IMG/VR virus record: IMGVR_UViG_3300028833_000126
Span: 716-64,715 of that record
DNA length: 64,000 nucleotides
Direction: 5' to 3' (one strand)
Origin: a virus
Lineage: Duplodnaviria; Heunggongvirae; Uroviricota; Caudoviricetes
Numbering within the stretch: position 1 is the first letter of the stretch; every line of letters starts with the position of its first letter. This document shows positions 54,155 to 62,796 of the stretch, one piece after another. The translations under genes and the position numbers were made by a program. Below the pieces are notes generated by a model. That model saw only the letters and a program-made list of their open reading frames with translations, was not told the origin of the DNA and searched no databases.

Positions 54155-54180
54155 TAATTAGGGCACGCAGGTGATTTGGT
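54155..54180 (-). promoter_or_regulatory. ATCACCTGCGTGCC element, copy C (inverted relative to A and B), upstream of the endolysin RBS
   Basis: Minus strand reads AAATCACCTGCGTGCCCTAATTATATTTTCCAAGAAAGGAGG. Confidence 0.45.
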
Positions 54181-54233
54181 TCTGTAGTATAATTCATATA
54201 ACGATCAGACCAATCAGAGGTGCCCTTCTGTCA

Positions 54234-57200
54234 TCAAACATTTGGAGCAAGTGTATAGGTATTTCTGCCATAAGTGTAGTTCAGATCACCATTGCTATCA
54301 ACCCAGATATATGCTCTATCCCCAAGATAGATTCTGTTGAGATAGTTATCCCTATCTCCAAGCCACCAAACGCCAGCTCCTCCCGGAATTAAGGTTCTAT
54401 TAATGGCATCGATCACAAATGCTTCATCATCATTTGTAGAGTCCTTATCAATGAACCTGAACATCGTGGCAAAATAATTAATAAATATATCACCGAGAGT
54501 CGAATCACGTATCCCGTTATTCAAGTCCATATATGCCCCAGACGAATGGCTACTGTCGCCATACAAAATTCGATGGTCATTATACCAGAGCTCTTTAGTC
54601 TTTACTCTGTCGGCTTCTATTGTTCCGGTCTGTATATTTGCGCCATTAATGATGGTCTGCCCTTCAGACAGAAGGTCGTTAAATGTTACGTAGCCAGTCA
54701 GATCTATATTGGCGCTCTTGGCAGTGATACCATTTCCACTTAGTGTAATCTTACTTGTGGCAGACGTAATAACCTCTGTAACCTTATATGCATGGACTTT
54801 GAAATAGTCTCCGGAACCATCACTTGAAGAATCCTTGACATACTTGAAAGTGATGCGATGTGCACCAGAAGGGATCGTGTATTCAAGATCAACCACAGTA
54901 CCACCGGTCTCGCTTTCAAATGAATGCTTTACGCCAGAGCTATCACGTGTTCTGGTAACAGTGAGGCTGACATCGAGATTGGACACAATGCCGTAGTCAT
55001 AATTCGCTTCACCATGGCATTCACATCGGAGAATAACTTTCGTCTCCTCTTCGAAGTTAAACAACACCATGCCATAAGACAGAGAGTTAGCTACTCCGGC
55101 ATTGGTGGATATCCAGTCTCTATTCTCATTCTTCTCAAACTGATATACTTTGGAATCATCTTCCGGTGTAAACTGCGCATTCACCAAACTTCCAGCATCC
55201 ACATTCACTTCCTCAGTTGTTGTGTCCGTAGAAGCAGTCAGACTGATGCTCTGCATATCCTGCTTGATCTCCGTATAAGACTGACCAAGACCATTTACAG
55301 CATTATCCAGTACAGCAGTTGTTGTCGTATCATCCCCATTATCATAATAAACATGAGACCGAGTCCAAATATCATACCCTTCCTGCCAAGCCGGACAAGT
55401 CTCACTCCAACCAGTTGTAGGAGCCACAGCAGGGGTTGTATGAGCTTTAATTGCATACTCCGGCACAATCCTGCTCACGCCAACACCATCGTCTCCGTCT
55501 GTTCCATCCTCAACAAGCATTCTGATCTCACTCCACTCATATGCCGGAATTGTGTCAGTTGCTTCGACACTCACAGCAGTAGCCTGAATCACGTAACAAG
55601 GATTGCCATCCGTTGTGGGGATCTTCTGCTCCCAAGGAGTGAATGTACCACTCAAGGCTCCAGTTGCAAACGTATATGTCAGATCTCCGGACGGTTTATT
55701 CGTCGGTACAGAAGCAGACCTCTGATATAGGAACACTGTTGCCGAGTTATACCCGGATCTACCCGGATCACCGTCAGATCCGTTCTCAGCCATTTTGATT
55801 GGAGCAGACCAGTCAGTTGCAGCAATTGCATCGGAGCCAGTATTCGAGTAAGCCGTTGCTGCTGTAACATATAATGGATCGTCTCCGCTCGGAATAGACT
55901 CGCTCCAACCAGTCGGAACAGAATTCAAATGATGTGCATTCTGTCCAGTAAAGTAGTATGTCAGCGTGCCACTCCAGTCAATCGTCGTTACAGGGGTCTC
56001 CGAGCGTTTATAGAGACTGACAACAGCGGTATTATAACCATTATTGCCATTCTCGCCCTTCGCTCCCTGAATACAAGTGGCAGCGGACCAAGACCTATGA
56101 GGCGTTGCAACAGTATCATCCGCAAAAATCGTCAAAGTCTTCTGCCACATATACTTGCCGCTCTCCCACGCAGGAGCAGTTGTCGACCAGTTTGCAGAGT
56201 CTCCGGGTGCTTGTGTCTGCGAGTTACCGAGTGCGTAGTACACCTCGACTTTCTTCACAGCAACTTGAGTAAGACCGCCGATCTGAGAGGAGAGCTGCTG
56301 GTCACTTAAGACAAACCGCTGGAAGGCCGACTGTAGGGTCTCACCAGGCTCTGTGGGATCGCTCTCATTCTCAAGGATAAACGTACTCGCCTTGATGCGT
56401 ACTGCATCCAGAAGGTCTGCTCGAAGCGTTCCAGTGGTGATTCTATCCGCAACAATGGAACCATCCATGGTCATAGCAAGCACAGGGGATGTGCTACCCA
56501 TATTGGTGTTGTAGTACGCAAGGCCATTGACGTTCCATCTCCACCATCTTGTGGCCTGTGTCAAATCCTGCGTATCAGAAATATAAAGCTCTTCCGAACC
56601 ATTCTGGCCATGGGTGATTGTGATATAGCCGTTCGAGATCAGATCCATAATCTCTGTCGCATTGTCTCTCGCTTCATCCAGCACACTCTGCTTCGTTGGC
56701 ATCGCCTCAATGCGCTGCTTGACCTCAGAATTCACCTTGTTGTTCTCGGCTGTGAGACTTGTCTGGATCTTCGTCCCGAGCGTAAAGAGTGTATTCTCAG
56801 GCTGGTCAAGCGGAATGCTGAGCTTCATGACCGGAAAGACCTTGTTAAGTCCATGAGGCTGAGAGATGACCCGGATCTGATCACTGAGCTTCACACCCTC
56901 GATCTCCGGATTCATATAATGCAAGTCAACAGCCTTGACTTCAAGAATCATATTGTCAAACTGAAGATCTGAGAGATACTGCTGCGCTTTTCTCAGAAGA
57001 TTAGCAGGCTGCGTAACTCTGTCAAAGTGCACGACCTTCTCGATCCATCCGTAACTTGCGACAGCTTCCTCATTTTGAACGTAGATGCTGCCGTCATTCA
57101 CAGATGCAACTGTCGTATAAGCCTCAAGCGCAGAAATCGGACTCTCTTCCAGTCTCTCACCAAGCGGGACTACGACTGTTGCGTATTCCGTCATATCAAA

Positions 57201-57821
57201 GGACGCCGTATAGTCAAGCAGATTTGTTCCGAACTCGATGATCTGTGTGCTCGTGCTGAGTTTATCCGCGAGGTAATCAAGATACCGAACGCCATTCTCC
57301 TTGCGCACAACGAGATGACCACCGAGGCGATTAACAAGTTTGTCGTTGATACACTCAATGGTCTTTTCATAGTTCGTATAACGATAAAGAGAGTCGTTCG
57401 GGTCAGTGACAGTCACAGCACCAACTATAAATCTGCGCTCCTCAGAGACTTTTGAATTGTGGATCTGAATAAGCGTCTCGAGGAATCCTCTGACAGTCAG
57501 ATCATGGTATTCTGCCGGCGGCTGTGTACTGTCATTCAAGTACGCGAGCTCACCTTCACATGTCAGTGTCCGATTCTTCCAGAAGTCGATAGACTCATCA
57601 ATGACTCTACCCTCCCACATCTCCTCGCCATCTTTCATGACTGTGATGTAAGTCTTGAGCCGCTCGATGAGATTATAGCCGGCGTTGGTAACAGGAACGG
57701 TCATTTTGAATGATCCAGCCGCACTATCTGCAAGCTCAAGTGTAGGAGCAATCAAACGCAGGCTTTTATCATTCGATGTATCGTCATAAATGCAGGTACT
57801 ACCCGCGTACACTGAATACAT
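54234..57821 (-). CDS. tail-tip protein (Tal / prophage tail endopeptidase family) with C-terminal repeats
   Basis: N-terminal 350 aa (MYSVYAGS...IEFGTNLLDYTASFDMTEYATVVVPLGE...) resemble the siphovirus Tal/gp21 N-terminal region; repeats GYNTAVVSLYKRSETPVTTIDWSG / GYNSATVFLYQRSASVPTNKPSG; 1195 aa; RBS GCAAAGGAGAAACACAAT. Confidence 0.65.
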   Translation of the reverse strand: MYSVYAGSTCIYDDTSNDKSLRLIAPTLELADSAAGSFKMTVPVTNAGYNLIERLKTYITVMKDGEEMWEGRVIDESIDFWKNRTLTCEGELAYLNDSTQPPAEYHDLTVRGFLETLIQIHNSKVSEERRFIVGAVTVTDPNDSLYRYTNYEKTIECINDKLVNRLGGHLVVRKENGVRYLDYLADKLSTSTQIIEFGTNLLDYTASFDMTEYATVVVPLGERLEESPISALEAYTTVASVNDGSIYVQNEEAVASYGWIEKVVHFDRVTQPANLLRKAQQYLSDLQFDNMILEVKAVDLHYMNPEIEGVKLSDQIRVISQPHGLNKVFPVMKLSIPLDQPENTLFTLGTKIQTSLTAENNKVNSEVKQRIEAMPTKQSVLDEARDNATEIMDLISNGYITITHGQNGSEELYISDTQDLTQATRWWRWNVNGLAYYNTNMGSTSPVLAMTMDGSIVADRITTGTLRADLLDAVRIKASTFILENESDPTEPGETLQSAFQRFVLSDQQLSSQIGGLTQVAVKKVEVYYALGNSQTQAPGDSANWSTTAPAWESGKYMWQKTLTIFADDTVATPHRSWSAATCIQGAKGENGNNGYNTAVVSLYKRSETPVTTIDWSGTLTYYFTGQNAHHLNSVPTGWSESIPSGDDPLYVTAATAYSNTGSDAIAATDWSAPIKMAENGSDGDPGRSGYNSATVFLYQRSASVPTNKPSGDLTYTFATGALSGTFTPWEQKIPTTDGNPCYVIQATAVSVEATDTIPAYEWSEIRMLVEDGTDGDDGVGVSRIVPEYAIKAHTTPAVAPTTGWSETCPAWQEGYDIWTRSHVYYDNGDDTTTTAVLDNAVNGLGQSYTEIKQDMQSISLTASTDTTTEEVNVDAGSLVNAQFTPEDDSKVYQFEKNENRDWISTNAGVANSLSYGMVLFNFEEETKVILRCECHGEANYDYGIVSNLDVSLTVTRTRDSSGVKHSFESETGGTVVDLEYTIPSGAHRITFKYVKDSSSDGSGDYFKVHAYKVTEVITSATSKITLSGNGITAKSANIDLTGYVTFNDLLSEGQTIINGANIQTGTIEADRVKTKELWYNDHRILYGDSSHSSGAYMDLNNGIRDSTLGDIFINYFATMFRFIDKDSTNDDEAFVIDAINRTLIPGGAGVWWLGDRDNYLNRIYLGDRAYIWVDSNGDLNYTYGRNTYTLAPNV

Positions 57822-57981
57822 ATTGTGTTTCTCCTTTGCTGATAGAATGTTTTCTTTATATCTAAGCCGGTCTCTGTCCTTCTCCCTGTAACCGGCACGT
57901 CGGAACACTGCATTTTTATTTCAGCTTTCGCCTCTCGTGTGCCTTCACGCTCACAGCAAGCCCCGATCCCCAAATGTTTTC

Positions 57982-58254
57982 TTACTTGTCTTTATTAAGC
58001 TCGTCGATTCTCTTATGAGCCTGTTTCGTGGACTCCTCGACACGAGCGAGTCTTGTGCTAATCTCTGCCATCTCGATCTTTAGTGCGCGAATCTCGGTCT
58101 TCAGATCGTCAATTCCAGCCTTGATATAGCCAATATCACTTGCAAGATAGCCGTTTTTCTCACCGACAGTCTGACGTGCAGCAAGACGACCGATAAAGAA
58201 TGTTGCGACAGACACGGCAAGACCAATTAAACTGATGAGAAGTTTTTCATCCAT
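57982..58254 (-). CDS. membrane-anchored coiled-coil protein
   Basis: Trimmed to MDEKLLISL (the upstream GTG is an alternative start); N-terminal TM then a coiled coil. Confidence 0.4.
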   Translation of the reverse strand: MDEKLLISLIGLAVSVATFFIGRLAARQTVGEKNGYLASDIGYIKAGIDDLKTEIRALKIEMAEISTRLARVEESTKQAHKRIDELNKDK

Positions 58255-58498
58255 TCGACTCACCTGCCCATTTATTCATATCATCAATGATTGCTTTGAT
58301 GTGCTTGCGGTGAATCTCTTCTTCCCTTGCAATATCACGAAGGATCGAGCCATATCCTCGATATGGATACATCTCATCGGCTGCTGCGGCAAGTTTCATA
58401 TACTTGTCATTGTCAGCCATTTCTGCTTCGTGATCCTTCATCAGTTCATCTTTGAGGTTGATCTCAGTCTTCTCTGCCGCTTTCACGATGTCTGCCAT
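58247..58498 (-). CDS. hypothetical protein
   Basis: 83 aa, RBS GAAAGGAGCGTTGAATA. Confidence 0.4.
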   Translation of the reverse strand: MADIVKAAEKTEINLKDELMKDHEAEMADNDKYMKLAAAADEMYPYRGYGSILRDIAREEEIHRKHIKAIIDDMNKWAGESNG

Positions 58499-58872
58499 TA
58501 TTCAACGCTCCTTTCGATTCTGCGCTTCATTTCATTTATATCTGCTTCCGTAAAGGTCAATGTCTTCACAGTGGGAGAGATCAGCGGAATCGGAGGAATT
58601 ACTACAGGTAACGGTCCGTATTCCTTAACACTTTCCGTTGCCATTGAGAAGAACTCTTCGATTTCGTACGTGCCGTCTTCATTATACTTGAACAGAGCTT
58701 TTACGGTATTGTTTTCGAGGATTGTGTCAACGAGTTTGCTGTTTGTCTTTACCGCCTTCACTGCAATGGATGCAATGATCTGAGCGGCTTTATCATCACT
58801 GATCTGAGGAATGATCTCATTTTCAGCATATTGCGCAATGCCTTTCACAAGCTGCTCTTTCGTTACTCTCAT
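58498..58872 (-). CDS. hypothetical protein
   Basis: 124 aa, RBS TTAAGGAGAAATCAAA. Confidence 0.45.
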   Translation of the reverse strand: MRVTKEQLVKGIAQYAENEIIPQISDDKAAQIIASIAVKAVKTNSKLVDTILENNTVKALFKYNEDGTYEIEEFFSMATESVKEYGPLPVVIPPIPLISPTVKTLTFTEADINEMKRRIERSVE

Positions 58873-58949
58873 TTTGATTTCTCCTTAATTGGTTGGAGAT
58901 AGATGGGTGGCAGACGATTGCCCACCACCCGGTCTCCACATCTCATTTC

Positions 58950-59398
58950 TTAGCCGTTCGTCGTAGCAGCACCGGTAGTCGCACCAGCAGAAACGCTCGG
59001 AACGATCGGGACATTAATGTTAGCTTCCGGGATCATCAGTTTCGTGATGTCGTAGAGCGCCTTGATCTGCTGGCCCATAAAGCCCATGGTAGCAGTAGCA
59101 CCCGCCGTCCATACAGCCTGCTGATTGATCTGCGCCTGAAGACCATCATCCTTGTTATCAGAGTACTGGTTTGCCTTCAGAAGCGTGATCTCGTCGTTCT
59201 TCTCGTTGATCTCCTGAAACAGGCCCATCTCATAGCGAGTAACGGGCTTGTCGCCGGGATCCATCGGGCCCATAGGACCACGCGGACCAAGACCAAGGAT
59301 GCCAGCGAGTCCGCCAGCTCCAGTCAGAGCGCCGAGAGACGTACCGATGATGCCGGTTGCAAGCGCTGCATTGCCGACGCCTTTAGAAGTGTATTCCA
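58950..59398 (-). CDS. Gly-rich membrane protein with a collagen-like GPRGPMGPMDPG segment
   Basis: Trimmed to MEYTSKG preceded by GGAAGGAGGTATTTCTG; N-terminal Gly/Ala-rich TM region. Confidence 0.4.
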
Positions 59399-59888
59399 TA
59401 CAGAAATACCTCCTTCCTAAAAGAATAGAGATTTTGATCCGTTGCATTCTGTCGACACGAATGCTTGGATCAATTGAATATAATAAAAGCGCACCTACAC
59501 GTCTACAGGCACGCAGTTATTATTGGAATGAATACGGTTTACCGCTAAATGTTAACTCTTGAGTCAGTACCGGATTTGAACCAATTCACCGTAAGTTACC
59601 ATGTTACGCCGCCCCTTGAATCCGGCATTTGGTAGTATGTTGATGTTTAAATATGATTTGGTAGATTAGGAGTTACTAATTTAAAATTTTTTAAGTGATC
59701 TCAATGCCCATAAAGAATTTCTTCCACCGTAGCCATCTATTAACTGATTGTAACCGTCTTTGAGCAAATAATATGCCCATCTGTTAGTAGTCGCATATCC
59801 CAAATAACTGTCACCAAAAATATAAACTGGCTTTATGAAATTCCTACAAGTCCATCCAAAAGAGGTGCCATTTCATTGTCTTTTTGCA

Positions 59889-61766
59889 TCATACCCATCC
59901 ATGATATAATTTGCACACGTTTACGGTAAGTGAGTCTGATGCCCCTACACCACGAAGCAATTTGAAAAGTTTTCTTTGCGATGCGGAGAGTACGCTTAAG
60001 TCTCCAGTTACGATTCTAAAAACAGACTTTGTTGACGGACTATAGAACCAACGCATATAGTAGCCATCTAAAAACACAGTGTCAGAAGTATCCCCGACTT
60101 TTGCAGTGAATCCAACGGAATTCACAATATCTGTTTCTATGACCAGCGTGTAGTAACTAAACGATTGTAACTCTATATCCGTGCTCCATTCGTAAATAGT
60201 TTGTCCGCTTGTCACAGTATGCGGACTATATGGCTCAGATATAATATTAACCGAATCATGATGTGATGGCTGTTTGCTTATCCCTGCACAAAGAACCGCC
60301 TTCTGCAAATACTCAAAGCTGTCCGTGTAGAAAAATGTCATAATGTTTCTGTCTGATGAATCTCCATTGTTTCCAATGAATTGTACTCGCTTGGTACCAT
60401 CCGATCTTGTCCCGTCTATACCAAGAAATATTGCAACATGATCGATATTTTTAAAGCGATATGGTTCATCATTATATGCCCTGTTTGAAAAGAATACCAA
60501 ATCACCCACACGAACATTTGAAAAATCAGAGTTTGGATAATATGCATAGCCATTATACGCAGCCCACATTGCCTGTTGTGCAGCAGCATCGACTTTTCTA
60601 CTTGAAAAACTCGGCTGCATACCAATTTCTGCCATAAATCCCTGCGAATGTGAGTTTGATCCGCCGCCGTATTTGCTGTTAGTATAATCAATGCCATACA
60701 TTATTAGCCGACTCAACGTAGAACAGTTTATATAATAAGTTCCGGGAACAAAGTCGTCTGAAAAGGCAGTAGGATAACTCGTTCCATCTGCGTCAGAAGC
60801 GTAAACGAAGGAACTGCCACTCTGCATATATGTTTCTGCAATGTGCACAAATGCGTTAATATCTCCAGACGGCTTGTTGTTGTCCTGTGTTATTCCCAAC
60901 CTGGGAACAGCGTACAGACCGTTAGAAAGCGAAACGGGAGCATTGTGTGCATAATTATCAGAAACGATGTCATATATTGCACCCATTCCATCCGTTTCGG
61001 TATTATAACCGCATAATGCAACAACATCCCCTTCGGACAAATTCGCGTAATGTTGTCTAAGGTCTGTTATGTTTTTATAAATAGGAACGATTGTTTTTGC
61101 TAATCGCCCTACATAACAAGGACCAATCATGCTTGTTTCCGTGTTGATTACGACAAATGCAGAACCCGTTGGAGCAGAAATGCTAAGATTGTTTGCGGTA
61201 AGCCCGGCACCTGACTTATTAATTAATTTCATGTCATTATCGCAAAACGCCCAAAGTCTCGGAACGCCCCCACCTCTGCCGTTTATTGTAATCAAATCGA
61301 ATGGCTTGCATTCCGCAATGCAATAACTATACGTACCCGATGCAGTTGGAGTAGTACTTACAACGTCACCTACGTTGACATTAGTTGCGATATATCCATC
61401 TTTTGTAAATTCAAGACGCTTTGATTCTGTTTGGAACTCTAAAGCGCTCTTTAAATCAGCAATTCCATCACCAGTCGTTTTGGCATCAGCCGCCGCGCCA
61501 TCGATGGAGAGCGTTTTGTCTACAACAACTGCAGATCCAACAGGATCCACATTCGTATCAAGCCAGTTTGTTACTGCCGTCGTAACCTGTTCATCGGTAG
61601 CCGTTTCCCCCTTCAGGGCAAACACATTTTTACTCTCATTTTGAATCTGCGTTTTCAGGTCAGAATAGGCAATCTTTCTTGTGTCGCTGCCCGTCGAGGT
61701 ATCGGCGATCATGATGTCTGTATTCGCAAGCGAGGTTGCGGGTTTTAACTGATTAATTTTCGGCAT
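59889..61766 (-). CDS. tail protein with C-terminal NlpC/P60 peptidase domain (tail-associated lysin)
   Basis: N-terminal MPKINQLKPATSLANTDIMIAD is typical of fibre/tail proteins; C-terminal GDLVFFSNRAY...IDHVAIFLGIDG matches the NlpC/P60 His region, with a candidate Cys in YINCSTL. Confidence 0.5.
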   Translation of the reverse strand: MPKINQLKPATSLANTDIMIADTSTGSDTRKIAYSDLKTQIQNESKNVFALKGETATDEQVTTAVTNWLDTNVDPVGSAVVVDKTLSIDGAAADAKTTGDGIADLKSALEFQTESKRLEFTKDGYIATNVNVGDVVSTTPTASGTYSYCIAECKPFDLITINGRGGGVPRLWAFCDNDMKLINKSGAGLTANNLSISAPTGSAFVVINTETSMIGPCYVGRLAKTIVPIYKNITDLRQHYANLSEGDVVALCGYNTETDGMGAIYDIVSDNYAHNAPVSLSNGLYAVPRLGITQDNNKPSGDINAFVHIAETYMQSGSSFVYASDADGTSYPTAFSDDFVPGTYYINCSTLSRLIMYGIDYTNSKYGGGSNSHSQGFMAEIGMQPSFSSRKVDAAAQQAMWAAYNGYAYYPNSDFSNVRVGDLVFFSNRAYNDEPYRFKNIDHVAIFLGIDGTRSDGTKRVQFIGNNGDSSDRNIMTFFYTDSFEYLQKAVLCAGISKQPSHHDSVNIISEPYSPHTVTSGQTIYEWSTDIELQSFSYYTLVIETDIVNSVGFTAKVGDTSDTVFLDGYYMRWFYSPSTKSVFRIVTGDLSVLSASQRKLFKLLRGVGASDSLTVNVCKLYHGWV

Positions 61767-61797
61767 TCATTCCACCTCACTTTTTTGTTATGCCGAC

Positions 61798-62793
61798 TTA
61801 CAGCTCCCATGTATAAATGCTGCTGTAAATCTTATCGGTCTTATTGTCGAGGATCGGATTCGTCTCCCAGTCAAGGATCGCATACCGGTCGTCATCCACA
61901 TAGTATTTGAACGGCTCGAGATTATAGGAGATTGTGATACGCGACCAATCCGGCTGCGTCTTCCAGTCTTCTACAACGAATCGTCCTTTGTAATAGTACT
62001 CCGGATCATCCTCAAGAATCATTCTCATCTTCTTGCCGTGGAGGTAATTCACGATTTTATCGTAAACTTCGACCCAGTTGTAGTCCGGATCGTCATTTAA
62101 AACATAAAATTCAAAGCTGCCCTCACGGTTCGAATATGCAGGTTCAGCAGACAGAGTATTTGTTACATCAATCTGTCCATCTGATCCCGGTGCGTCGTAA
62201 TACTGTGTTTTCACCTTCGGCATCGCAACAGTCGGACGTTCAGAAGCCACGAGATGCCAGTCGTCGTAAGTGTTCATATCTCCAAACACAATAGAGTGAT
62301 AGGAGATACCGGACCCACGGCGCAGCTCTGCTTTCTCAAGTCCACTGCCCTGTTCTTCAGCCGGAGTAGGCTCTGTGTCGCTTCCCTGCCAATACTTATG
62401 CGGATCAAGGTTGTAATCAATCGTGAGCCTTGACCAATCCGGCTGGCTCTTCAACGCATTGATCGCAAACCGTCCCTCATAGTAGTAGTTCGGATCGTCT
62501 TCCAGAGTCATTTTGAATTTCCTGCCGTGCAAATACTGAGCGATCTCTCCATACAGAGCCGCCCAGTCATAGCCCGGATAGTCATTCAGTACGTAGAACT
62601 CAAAGCTGCCTTCTCTGTTGGATAATGAGGCTCTCCCGGCGAGAGCATCGGTCAAATCAATCGACCCGTTCGCGCCGGGAATGTCAATATACCTCATTTT
62701 AGGAGCAGCAGGAACAACTACAGGACGTTCAGAGGCTACCAGATGCCAATCGTCATAGGTGTTTTTCTCACCGATTGTGATAGAGTGATACAT
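61798..62793 (-). CDS. distal tail protein (Dit-like) with internal tandem duplication
   Basis: Two about 165-aa repeats each begin SITIGEKNTYDDWHLVASERP / SIVFGDMNTYDDWHLVASERP and end YEGRFAINALKSQPDWSRLTIDYNL / YKGRFVVEDWKTQPDWSRITISYNL, consistent with the Sipho_tail family. Confidence 0.5.
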   Translation of the reverse strand: MYHSITIGEKNTYDDWHLVASERPVVVPAAPKMRYIDIPGANGSIDLTDALAGRASLSNREGSFEFYVLNDYPGYDWAALYGEIAQYLHGRKFKMTLEDDPNYYYEGRFAINALKSQPDWSRLTIDYNLDPHKYWQGSDTEPTPAEEQGSGLEKAELRRGSGISYHSIVFGDMNTYDDWHLVASERPTVAMPKVKTQYYDAPGSDGQIDVTNTLSAEPAYSNREGSFEFYVLNDDPDYNWVEVYDKIVNYLHGKKMRMILEDDPEYYYKGRFVVEDWKTQPDWSRITISYNLEPFKYYVDDDRYAILDWETNPILDNKTDKIYSSIYTWEL

Positions 62794-62796
62794 CTG

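Noticed and set aside
49972-54180. Invertible fibre-lysis cassette (shufflon-like) bounded by the inverted ATCACCTGCGTGCC copies
   Set aside because: Inverting a 4.2-kb segment carrying complete fibre, holin and endolysin genes would put them against the direction of transcription. The repeats also sit in promoter-like contexts. Kept only as a low-probability alternative inside the repeat-element finding.
59540-59630. Second tRNA gene
   Set aside because: Only a T-arm / 3' acceptor-like half is present. There is no complementary 5' acceptor strand or anticodon arm, so it is a fragment or hairpin, not a complete tRNA.
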